A stretch of DNA of 57,479 nt, the filler included, from Sphacelaria rigidula (lineage: Eukaryota), in NCBI GenBank assembly GCA_964200075.2. It is 8 parts of 8 records of this genome, joined end to end, with 100 filler letters (N's around TTAATTAATTAA, not from the genome) between each part and the next. Parts side by side here need not be neighbours in the genome. Positions count along the whole stretch, not along the records: positions 21,595 to 28,691 come from CAXNAA020016498.1; positions 28,792 to 35,888 come from CAXNAA020016499.1; 6 more parts are not named here. The stretch is one strand, 5' to 3'. Positions 22,630 to 34,581 of the stretch are shown here, piece by piece. The first letter of the stretch is position 1; the number at the start of each line of letters is the position of its first letter. Both the position numbers and the translations under genes were made by a program. Under the pieces are notes generated by a model, which saw nothing but the letters and a program-made list of their open reading frames with translations, was not told the DNA's origin and did not search any database.

Positions 22630-24034
22630 CTATTCAGCGTTGTTTTTCGGCGGTTCGACAGCAGTCCCCCCCAAAATAAAAGATTAGAAACACGTCATGG
22701 TAAAGGAAACGGCGACGGAAAGAGGAACGAGTGTTCAAATGTATGTTCACGGCCGTTCCTACTGCAAGAGGTGGCTGTGTCACGGGACATAGTGAAACAC
22801 GCGTGAAGATGAACCATACTCCATGTTTCAGATGTCAGCCAATTGGGTGAGGCGAACTCCGCCGACACCACACAAGAAACACGGGTCACAGCGACAGGTC
22901 GCATGGGATCGGACTCGCACCACGCCTGTCAATGCAGTGGCTTGTCGATCAGAGCCGCATCACCACACCCCCTTGCGATTGGTACATATTCAGCACTGGA
23001 AGGACACGAAGGAAATATCTCATCACGTGGAATAGGTGTGACTTCGAAGATATCGACGACCTCGCCGACCGACGGAATGTAACAACGTGTGAAAACACAC
23101 ACAACAGCATGAGACTGTAGTATCGAAACAAAATGTCCGCACAAAGTGCCCTCATGATACATGATGCAGCAGTGGGTCATTGCAGCTTTTGGCCGCTCGC
23201 CCGGCAAGCTTCAAGCTATCCCCCCCGCCCCTCCCCATCATCCATCATTAGTCGACATTTGAAATCGTGCCAAACCTCCAGCTCCGATTGTACGTGAGCA
23301 TATCCGCGGCCTCGACCTTTTCCGGCTCTGCCACGGTGACTTCACTCATCACTCATCACTCATCACTTCTCGCTGCTGCTTCCACTGACTATCCCTCTGA
23401 AACGCCGTAGGTTATATGCTGTTCAATGTACAATGGGCCCTATGGCACAACTAGTGTACAAAATATTACATTCGAGTAAAATATACGAGACACGTACAGA
23501 AACGTTTTTCGGATCAGACCGGCAACCATGACAATCTGGAGTATTGAATATGAAAGCCTGTCTGGTGACGAATAGTGACAGGTCACGCCATAGACCGTAG
23601 GGAGCACTTTCAAGCAGCTGATAAACATTGGATGAGGAGTCGCATGAGAAATATCGCCATTCTATGCGCGTTTCGAACATTTCAAGACCTCTTCGAGCTG
23701 TTCAAGTAAAAGCGTATTCAAGCCCGAGAACCCCAAATGACGCTAAACCTTGAGCGTGCTTACGGAGCTTATGCCCCTAGTACGCTGACAGTTTCTGAAT
23801 CATTCTTCAACTCTCCCTCAACTTTTTCACCACGAGGGTGGGTCACCTACTGAATCAGCATCAATTTCACTTGAAAAAGTGTGCTTGATTCAGATGGACT
23901 ACCCGCATCGCGGTTAGAGGGTAAAAGGCACTCAAACCAGTGCTCATCCACCCCCATTTTCAGGTTGGGGCACGGAGAAGAACAAGAAAAAAATTCCCTC
24001 ATCTGTCTGTGCTGCAGAAACACACATAACTGAC

Positions 24035-24223
24035 CTCGATGATATCAAGGATTTCGCCGGTGGTCTTCTTCATCTTCCGCATCTGGTGCATCAGGTACCA
24101 GAACTGCGAAGCGCCTGTCACCTCGTTGGGCGCAAACACCTTCATTCGGTACACCGGCGGGTTGGGCTCCTTCTCCGTGGGGGCCTTGCGACCCACCACC
24201 TGGTACTGGCGCATCGCAACCAT
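24035..24223 (-). CDS. RPL18A: 60S ribosomal protein L18a (eL20), first coding exon
   Basis: MVAMRQYQVVGRKAPTEKEPNPPVYRMKVFAPNEVTGASQFWYLMHQMRKMKKTTGEILDIIE with GTCAGT donor. The ATG is directly preceded by TTTGTAG, suggesting a 5'UTR intron. Confidence 0.96.
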
Positions 24224-26490
24224 CTACAAATATTGACAGCAGAATCCGAAAGACACGAAGGCAAAACAGAAGACAAATGAAGCAACACACAAGTTACGAC
24301 GGAGGGGAGGAGAGGGGAGGGGGGGGGGGGGTGAAGCACACAATATGCGCAGTCAGCGACGAAAATTCACCCTTAAAACAACCTTCCAGACACTCCGACC
24401 GCCTTCGCCTGGCGAGGCGGTATGATGTCCGGATTACACCCCAGTTCAAGTTTATAATCGTTCTATTTCAATCTTCAGTGAATAGACATAGCGGTTTAAT
24501 ACAACCGATATCGATCAACAAGAGGCTGAGGCGACCTGCTTAAACTCCCCTGTTCGGAGCCGCCAGCTCACGGCTCCAACAAAAACGAGTTCGGAGTGGG
24601 ACGGCGTGTTAATTACTACGGTTGACCATTCACTCATTTCCTACCGATGCTCGATGTTTGAGCGTCATGAGTTTCGATCCTACCGTGCTCAACTCTCCTG
24701 GGCTCTGTGGCGCTCACCACTGGAACAGAGGACTTTCCAGGGCACCAGCTGTCGCCGAGACACTGCAAGATCAAAGACTCATATTGCGGGGATACCCTAC
24801 GCTGTGCAGCACGACACCGGTGTGCGCAGGCAGCCACGCAGTTACATGGACATTCGAAGAGGACGAAGCACGTCTGTCCATCAATAGGATCAGGTACTCG
24901 ACATCGATCGCGGGCCAGAGGCGAATGTGCGAGTGCTCAATGCCCAACAAACCCCTCTCGAGCATCGTTGTGTCTCAACTGGGGAACAGGTGTAGTCAGT
25001 TGCGCTGGGTGATGCTACAGCGGTATGTGAACGATCTGGTGAACATGGAGCACCGTCGACTTTTTTTGGCCGACACACGTCGTGTAATGGTGAATATTGC
25101 CGTCATGTTTACAACAGGCAGCACGAGTCGCTGTGAGCAAACGGTCGCTTTCAGAGCCCAGCTGGGTTGTAGCAACCAGTATCCTCAAACTTCACCAGAC
25201 CCTAGCTCCACAACTTCTGCCTCAAGGTCATCACCCATGTCTCCACAGAATCACAGTACTGTACCGTAGCGTACACCAACTTGGGTAGCACATGGTTCCA
25301 AGAATATCCGGTGTATAGATATACAGTCTACACACAAAATGGCGTCCGCCGGAGTTGGGTGTGTGCGCTGGAAAGATGGCGAAAAGAGATGGAAGAGGCG
25401 GTGTCCGTTTTCAGACGAGACGGGCAATGATGACACTGCACGCGGATGACCATACGTGCCGTGTGAGGACGCAGGTGGATCGGCATGTCGATATCATACA
25501 CGTCTGGCGACATCACCTGTCAGTTTCCGGCGACCAAAGTAAACGGCCACATCAAACTCTGCCATACCCTCAATCGGGCCTTGCGGGAAGGGCGTGTACC
25601 GTACTGTAGTGGCGTCCTGGTACCCTTCATCCTGTACTGTCCGCAGTCAAGTGTGTTGTACTACCGTTATGTACTCTCGTAGTACTTTCCTGTTTGTAGG
25701 GCTTTCCTCTCTGTACGGTTGCATGTCTGTGCGGTACCGTTCTTATCAAATAATTAGAGTAGCAATGATCTATTGGGCCATAATAGCTCCGTAGTTTTGT
25801 ATAGCACAAGGTTTCAGCAAAGTCGCGGACAACTACTCACCACTTCGAGGGAAAAACGTGACGGGAAGCTGATGCTTCGGGCAAACTTATCTAGACGAGG
25901 GCCGCGCACTGCAGCGGCAGCTGAGCATGCCGTACGGAACAGACAAGACATAACGGAGCAAGTCAGCGCACACAATGTCTCGCCATCAATTGCCCCTCCA
26001 TATGAATCATCTTTCAAGCCCAACCAAGAACACAAAAGGAAAGATGTAGCCATACCTTGCCGGCTGGCCTAGTTCCTCCTTGCTCTCCGCGTCGGGGTGC
26101 CTGGGTTGCAGGGCTGTAAGCGGAGGGCTGAAAACCACCCACGTTGTCTAAAATATGGCATATTTACGAGGAACGAAATAAATTACGACCAAAACATACC
26201 ACAATAGGAAAACGAAGAATCTTGCGAACTGTGAACCATGTAACGCTTTTTTTTTAGGGGAAAATATGCACCGCGTTTCGACAGATACGAACAGTATGGT
26301 CAGTAGCCAAGATCTTTGAAACGTGTTCCGTGTGAATAGTACTGCGGCAGGTATAAACTCAACGCTGCGGCGTCAAACTACTATTTACGAAAAGCAGTGC
26401 GTCAGCAGGAGCACTATCTCAGCCTTGAAGTAAAAAGGAGAAAGTGAACCTTTGTGACTTTGGCTCTCACAACCGACCCGCGCGACAACA

Positions 26491-26586
26491 ATGGCGCTCG
26501 TGAGCACGGAGGCACAACTGCGAACCATGTCCCCCGGCCCCGAGCGCTTCATGACCATGAACCTCATGTCTGCCGGACCCTGTACA
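26491..26586 (+). CDS. Possible first exon of an unidentified gene
   Basis: ACAACA-ATG-G context, GC3-rich MALVSTEAQLRTMSPGPERFMTMNLMSAGPCT, followed by a GTGAGC donor. Confidence 0.4.
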
Positions 26587-28390
26587 GTGAGCAACGGCGT
26601 CACTTCCTACGGACGAACTGTGCGACGGATGAGAACGAGAGACAATCACACCACGGTAGATGTGCATGGTGCCCAGACGTTTGTCAGGACTAGTATGCTC
26701 AGCAACAAACCGGATTATCACGGTATCTCGGTAAGTTGGTCAAAAAACAATGCTGTCGTAATTGGTATAACGCGCGCGTCGGCGGGGGGGGGGGGGGGGG
26801 GGGGCGGGGGGGAATCAGAAAGAGGGCGCCGAAGAAAGAAGACCATGCGGCGGGGGGAGGNNNNNNNNNNGGGCGGGGGGGGGGGGGGTGGGGGGCGAGG
26901 AGGAGGGCCGGGGGGCACTCATGATTACGGCGTCGTAGTCATAAGACCATGCGGGGTGGGGAGGAGGCAGGAAAGGCCATATATATATGTCGTGCTCTGG
27001 ATCAATGCATTGGGATTGGATGTGTTGTACGTTCTATATATGGTTATCATGTTTGATCTGTCAGGACGAAATGTGCGCAGCACAGCTTGAGCGGGAGAGA
27101 ATGCCGGTTCAGCAACGTGTTCGTTGTGTGTCGACGCCAACAGATGCGTACAGGCTGGTTCAGGGCGAATGCCCAAAATTTACTCCTCACTGGACGCAGA
27201 ACGCAAAATTGACTCGATTGAAACATATTTGGTACCATGGTAACCCCCACGAGCAAGCGAACAGTGTGACATAGCCAGATTTTTTTTTTGCGTCCTTTGC
27301 CATGGTGCTGGTTGTGAAAATGTTTCCAGGCCAATCAGGCGCCCTTCAAATTGTTGTTCTGAAAGTAAAAATGCGAGTTCTCGGTACAATTTGTTCCCAA
27401 TCCAAATCAACTCTTGGTAAAGACATCTCAAATTCGGTTCCCAGTTACTTGATTATTCGCTGGCGCTGGGTAATGTTATATTTTTTCAAGTGAACGTGAT
27501 GGTGACTCGTAGGAGGACCTCTACCTGGCGGTCAAGGGGTCTCATCATCATCTGATGAATCACCGTCACTTTCTCTTGAAAAAATATAAGAAAACAAACC
27601 AGGCAACCGAAAACCGAGTTTGAGATACCTCTAGTAACTGCCATCAGTTGGCGAACCTAATGAAAAAATGTGTACTTGGAAGCCGCTTGTATGGGATCGG
27701 GTTATACCCGAAAACGCGGTATTTCGGTGATGTGGGTGGGGTGTTGGCGTGGTAGGACTTCAACTGATGATATGCATCAAAAACCCAGCAAGCCTCTTGA
27801 GGGTTTACCTTGTACCTTTTGTAGGAAAGCTCCGATCATCCTCAAGCTAGGCAGTCTGGTAGATATAGATGCTCCACACGGGGGAGGGGAATTTTATTTG
27901 GAGTATTTCCAAGTAGTTCCGCCCTGTACCGGCTTCCTGGGGTCCCAGCGTGGAGACCCCCAGAAGCCGGTACAGATTGCCTTAGACCTGCCTCATGTAT
28001 ACATATGTATGAATCGTCTCGAGGTATCCCGAGCAACGTTCTACAAACTTTCGTTGCGTAACTCGAAAAGCTGGTCCCAAACCACCGATCAAGCTCAACC
28101 CTTTGATCGCGAGGATAGGTTATCTGGCCAGGCAGTAATATTTCAAGTGGAACCGATGCTGATTCAGATCATGGCCTATGCTCGCGGTCAAAGGATTAAA
28201 CGCACAGGTCAAAGGTCGATATTATACTATAATCAAGTAATTAGGGGGATCCCGCGTACATTTGTACACTTCAACGAACACCCGCGTAAATTTTCATCAC
28301 ACGGCTTTCTCGAGCTAGACCCTGAAATTTTGCCCTTGTGCTCTGGGATATATCGAAACTCTGCACGAACGGTTTTTGTTGATGTTTTCT

Positions 28391-28460
28391 CGCCAAATGT
28401 CCGGGGTCTTAGGAGGCGGTGTGACACCACACCGCTTCCTAAGACCCCGGACATCTGGCG
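28391..28460. repeat. Near-perfect 33-bp-stem hairpin
   Basis: CGCCAAATGTCCGGGGTCTTAGGAGGCGGTGTG-ACAC-CACACCGCTTCCTAAGACCCCGGACATCTGGCG. Confidence 0.9.
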
Positions 28461-28589
28461 GAAACAAGAAAAAATCCCCGCCTCCCCCTTTCCTGGCCCG
28501 GCGAAAACCCGGCGTGCTCCGTCCCGGCTTTATAGGGATGCGAGGTCAACGGTCTCATGACTACGACATGCAAGATCATGAGCAGACCG

Positions 28590-28635
<46 letters not shown>

Positions 28636-31529
28636 TTGACAGCCTCCCCCCCCCCCGGGGCGCACCAATCTGAGGGTACATACAAACCACCNNNNNNNNN
28701 NNNNNNNNNNNNNNNNNNNNNNNNNNNNNNNNNNNTTAATTAATTAANNNNNNNNNNNNNNNNNNNNNNNNNNNNNNNNNNNNNNNNNNNNCATTTTTCG
28801 TACCTTTCTTAGGCAAAAAACGAGAAGGTATACCTTTTCTAGGCCATTGCCCTAAAAAAACCCGACTCGAACGAGTTCGTGCGGCGGAACTGATTCAGTT
28901 TGCTTTGCTAGGTTTGGGTCCGAGCGAATATGCACGCTTTGAATCGAAAAGGCTCAGCGAAATTCGTGAAGCGGTACTTCTTCACTTATATTCAAGAAAC
29001 AGTACAGTACAGACTGTACAGACTGTACAACAGTGACGGCCTGTACTGTCCAGATGGTGTCAACAGTGACGGCCTGTACTGTCCAGATGGTGTGTGTTTC
29101 GCACTGCATGCGGGCGCGATGTGGAAAAGAAGCGGGTAACGCGGCACACAGCAGATTAGACAGACAGCACGGCTTTCTGACTCTCTGCATACAGGAGGAT
29201 GCGAACCAGATTCGAATTACGTGCAGTTTTTCACCGCCTCTACTGTCCATGAGCGCATTGGCACTTCGATCGCCCACCCCGACACGCAAGTCCGTCGTTG
29301 GACCCTGCCACAAAATAAGATGCCTGAGGTTTTGCCAACAAGAAGAAGCACATCTTGCGAAAAGTGTGGTAGTGTCGGTTTCCTATCCCGCAGTGTATGT
29401 CTGTATCCCTGCGCTCAGTTCGTGATCTATGCCAGCAGGGTTGAGAATAAGTAGCTGCGAATGAACCATATGGGTTTTGCGTAATTCTGTGTAACGGTTA
29501 GACATGCTAATCGGGGCCAAAAGATATATGATTTTTTTGCAAAGAGTGTCTGGGATCTTTCTGACAGGAAACCGCACAAGCCAATTAGATGGGAATGATA
29601 CGCCCAGTCGATCGGCGAAGAAGCGAATGGGCCGCCCGGTCGGTTGGGAAAAGAAGCGCAGAAGGCCATCTGCACCCATGACACGCACACGTCCCCGCTG
29701 CATTGCATCGCCGGTACGGTCTATTCATCATTCATTTTCACGTCAAAACTGTGACAATGCAACACAGATGACCCGCCCTGGGGGTGCCTGTCTGTATAAG
29801 TTGAGACAAAGCCGATCGAAAACGCACTGTAAAGTACAGCAGTGCAATGCGTCACATGTCAGTACAGTGTTGTCTTTTCTCTCCCACCCGTTGCGTTCGT
29901 GCCGTTCGTCTATGGGTATCACCAAGGATCACACTGCACGAAACTCTCCGACACCGTCATCCATTCCTGCCTCCAGTTGCAAAAAACGTCCTTGGGCTGC
30001 GGTGGGCATTCATTTTTGAAGTAAATAGTTCGCCCATAACAAACACAACTGACCCATCATGAGGTGGCTGCTTTCTGTGTAAATAGACAAAGCCGAAGTG
30101 CACCGTACAGCACAGTACAATCAGTACGGGGCAGCGCAGTACAGTACAATGTTATCTTCTCTGTGCCCCCCGGCGCATTCCTCCCTTCTTCTTTGGGTAT
30201 CGTCGAGTATCGGATTACGTATTTGGAGATCGTCACTCTTCCCGCCTGCTCTAAAAGTGGCGCTTGATCGCCAGGATGATATCTTGTGTTCATTTTGCAA
30301 GTCACAATCTATGGAGACGGTCGCCTTTTCCCACAAATAACCGGCTCTAAAGTTGAACTCTCTGATCCCCGTTTAGGTCATCTGGGTTTTGCACTCATTT
30401 TTCAAGTGAAAAGTATGCCGATACGACAAGTGCCCGACACTCGGGTGAGTGGAGGGTGAGAGACATTTGTCGGTGTATTCCCAATTTACAAGCTTGAGTC
30501 GCAGCGGACGGAGACTGTAGACGCGGTACGGCGAACATGGCGGTACCAATACAATCAACACCACTGACGAAGACAAGAGCACGATTCGGTCACCATGATG
30601 TTGTCTGCTCCAGTATACGCAATGCTTTTTACCTTGGGTCCCTTGTGGGGCTGTGTACACAAGCGGCGGGGCTTTCCTCAACAGAAAATGTCTGAGGGTA
30701 TCATATTTGCACATGCACACGCACCGAAGTAAAGTTACTCCGCGACCGATTCAGATCTGCCCCCCGACGTTTCCCCCCGAGCCCCTCCTGGCTGTGATTA
30801 TTTTTCACTTGAATTTATTGGGGACGGGGCGTTGCTCAGGACATACTCCATCGATGGATAAGTTTAATCCGGGCGGTGGTTCTCCACGGTCACGTGTGCG
30901 ATTCGATGTCTAAGGCCGTGTCTTATCAAATTGTTTTCGTGTCAAAAACGTGCGGTCGAATCGAAATCCCTCGTTTCTGATTCGACCACGCTCTTCATTT
31001 CCTCAGATGGTTGAGAACATGCATGCCGCGGACGTATCAGGTAAGAGCAAATTCAATTCCACCGTACGTTTTCGAGTCGAAAACAATTTTGATAAGACAC
31101 GGCCTAACTGTATGTATGTGCGCCGCGACACCCATACCCTTCGAAGAGAATTTGCCGCTTGCAGCAAAGAGGGAAATCATGGCTCACCCCGACCACAAAG
31201 GGCTGTGTGGCAAGGTGATGGGCACAAAGATATAATCCAAAGCCACAAGTGGCGGGCGGCCCGCCGGTCACCGCATCCTGTTGAAAGCTCTCTACGGCTA
31301 CCCATAGTGCTTGTTACATCAGATGCACATTACCTAATGCACCCCCCCAAATGACAGCTTGTATCTGCACCTGAAAGTAGATTCGATGAAACTTTCGGTC
31401 TTCCTCTCAACTCGCGGTTACATGCGGTTACATACGTGGATTTTCACATGAAGCCACTGTTTCGTGCAGACGCCAGACACGTCATTCCTAACCAGCCTCA
31501 TTGGTCGTTCTGGAGGCCCGGTCCCAAAG

Positions 31530-32280
31530 GGATTCAAGCCAGCGTGGCTACTACTGGTGGTGGGAAGCCAGCTGTGCGCTCCATGAAGAGCCGAACAGTC
31601 CATGCCTTGCAACCGTGTGACGTTCCTCCTCGCATTCTCACACGAATGTCCATCCGATATCACGATAGTTAAGTCCCAAATATTAATTTTCGTGAGAGTG
31701 ATTTCGGGGGGGATGAGAATCTGGCATCAACTCACAACCAATCGGAATCACCGAAAGAAGTAAATTCCCCACGTGAGGGTCCGTGTTATCGAGTCCATAG
31801 ATGTGGGAACGCGACGTGATAGTGGTACATTGGTGATTGTGATGGTTGGGGATTTTTGTTGTTGGTGATTCCGATTGATGGTGAGTTGATGCCAGATTCT
31901 CACCTCCCTCGAAATCACTCTCAGGGCGCGTCTTCGCACATGATTTTTCGATCGCGAATGTGCGGTGGACAACGAAAATTCTGATATGATATGTTGTAAT
32001 TTCAACCGTCGTCGTTTATTTTGCAGTTGCTTGAAATCACGACTTATCATATTGGCATTTTTGTTTCCCACCGCACTTTTTCGATCGAAATATGATGTGT
32101 TGAGATACGGCCTCACGAAAATTAATCCCCAAGATATTAATTTTCGTGATTGCGGATGAACATTTGCGTGAGAATGCAAAGAGGAATGTCAAATGGTTGC
32201 AAGGCATGGGCTGTTGGGCTCTTCATGTGGCGCGCATTTGCCTTCCCATCACTAACAGTAGCCACGATGGCTTCAAATCC
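31530..32280. repeat. Diverged foldback (inverted repeat) with an insertion in the right arm
   Basis: 31530-31695 is inverted at 32113-32280, and 31693-31752 is inverted at 31863-31923. Confidence 0.75.
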
Positions 32281-33356
32281 ATTATCAGCAGTAGTTACGC
32301 GTGGGAGATACACCCGACGTGCACAGCTCCCACAGAGAGATGCGCACAGCTAGATCTCCCAGCACTTCGCCGAGTGAGCAAGCCTGCGCCCATCGGCGGG
32401 GAGTACGGACCAGCGCTGTCTAGCACGGTGGCTATCACGCGCAAGATGCCTGGGCGTTGTCGCACGATCGAAACGCGGACCGTCTCTCGCACGAGTAAGA
32501 ACAGTAGCACCAGCACCAGCAGTATCGCCACCGGCTGATTCAGACCCACCCCTAGCCGTACACATCTACTGGCCGTAGAGATCCTGCTGCTGCTGTTGCT
32601 TCCTCTCCTTCTCGTGCGAGAGGCGGTCCGCGTTTCGACTTGCGACAATGTCCACACACCCTCGCGTGTGATTGCTGCCCTGCTTGAAGTCGCTGGTATT
32701 TTTATGGCGATCACCAAGGATCGGATTACACCAAACGTTAGGAGGGCGTGACCTCGTCCTGCCGCCAGCTCCAAAAGTGAACCCTTGGACTACCACCGCG
32801 GGTCATCTAGGTCCTGCATCGATCTTCCGAGTGAAGATCATGCTGCTGCAACATACGACTTGTTTGGCACTTGCCCCACATTTTTTCTGAACACAAAGGT
32901 GAAACTTTGTCGCTGCGGACGAGTCCTGTACAAACGGCACGGCGCACATAGCGTTGCAGATAAACTCAACACAACCAACAAATAGAACCGTACAATCAAG
33001 TCACTATGATGTTGTCTGTCTCAGTACACGCCGCGCTATCTGCCTTGGCTTCATTTTGAGTTCACCGTGCGACTGGGCACACAAGCAGCACAGTTTTTCA
33101 AGTCACGTTTCTTCGGAGTGCATTACATAGGGACACAACTTCCGCACCAAACCCCAGTTATTCCGACGTCTCCCTCTCAGCTCCCTCTGCCTGGTACTTT
33201 CCGCTGGCGTGATGGTGGCTATTTGAGGTTCTTACACCGAAGTGGCGATGTCAGGAAAGGGAAAAGAAATCAGGGAACGTTCCGAGAGTATGAGGCAACC
33301 TCCGCAGAGATGCTCTGCAATCAGTTGAAAAGAAGCGCTGACAAAAGAAAATACTT

Positions 33357-33823
33357 GAGGCTGCTCCTCAGCAAACGTGAGAAAGTCCTGTAAAAACGCG
33401 TCGTTGGTCCTTCTTCGTTGTCTTCCACCCTGAAAGAGAGCTAGGCGGAGTTTAACACCTTGGAAGGACTTGCTCTACTCGTTGAGACGGCTCTCGGACA
33501 TCTTCGCGTTGTCCTGTGGCCGCAGTTTTTATTTTGGCCAAACTTGAACTTTTGGCCAAGAACGATCAAGGATGGTCAAATCGATAAAAACATGCCATTT
33601 TTCTCTGGACTTGACCGTCTCTGGAAACTAATTCTTGTTTGGTCACAATCAAAACTGCGGCCACCGGAAAACACGAAGATGTCCTGAAACCGCCTAAACG
33701 AGCACAGCAGGTCATTCCGAGGTGTCAAACTCCGCCTGGCTCTCCTCTAGCGCGTAGAACAACGAAGAAGGACAAAAAAAGCCTCTTTACAGGACTTGTT
33801 TGTTTGCTCTCAGGGGCGGCCTG
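33357..33823. mobile_element. Foldback MITE related to 17241-17707
   Basis: Shared ACACCTTGG...CTTGCTCTACTCGT and GTCATTCC.AGGTGTCAAA motifs, with complementary arms. Confidence 0.7.
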
Positions 33824-34033
33824 AGGGACGTAGAATAGGTGGCAAATTTTGGTTTGAGACGGAAACACAACACACACGAAGTAAACTTACTAAAGCAAAA
33901 GCATGTCCAACGAGGGCAGAAGCAGTAGTGGGGCCGGGGGTCCACTGCAAACGTGGCGGCCGGTAAAGGTCGAACGAGGGACGTTAACGCGCTATGGCTA
34001 GATGCTGCACGGCTGTCGAGAGCGGTTCCGGTG

Positions 34034-34581
34034 GCGCCTGACACAGAAGTCGCAACGCTACCCTGCACGAGGGAGGGGGAAATGAAAAAGGCCTAGGTGG
34101 TAGACCTGAACCGGGACTTCTTCCCAAATGAGCAGGTGGTGGTGGCGCTCGCAAATGATGCCTTGAAGCTAGGACATAGCCTCGTGCCTTCCATGGAGGA
34201 GGGCGGAGCAGACTGATATAGGTCCAGATATTACGCCCAGGAGGTTGAGGCTGCATACCGTGATGTGTCGATGGTCAACCTCAGATTGACAGCGTGCGAT
34301 TTCGACGTTCGGAAATTGCACGTCATCAATCTCCGGTTGGTCATCAACGCATCACGCTGCGCAGCCGCCACCTCCTGGGCGTGATCTCTGAACTCATATT
34401 AGTCTGCTCCACCCTCCTTCATGAAAGGCACGAGGCTATCTCCCAGCTTCATCGCAACATCTGCGAGCGCCGCCACCATCTACCCATTTGAGAAGACCCG
34501 GTCCCAGTCTGCCTGCACCTTGGCCCCTCCCATTTTCCCCTTCGTTGTGCAGGGTAGCGTTGCGACTTCTGTGCCAGGCGC
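34034..34581. repeat. ~550-bp diverged palindrome with essentially no spacer
   Basis: GCGCCTGACACAGAAGTCGCAACGCTACCCTGCAC... pairs with ...GTGCAGGGTAGCGTTGCGACTTCTGTGCCAGGCGC. Centre at ~34306. Confidence 0.9.

Noticed and set aside
27670-28560. 296-aa ORF
   Set aside because: No recognisable domain. It runs through a hairpin and a dispersed repeat, so it is likely a chance ORF.
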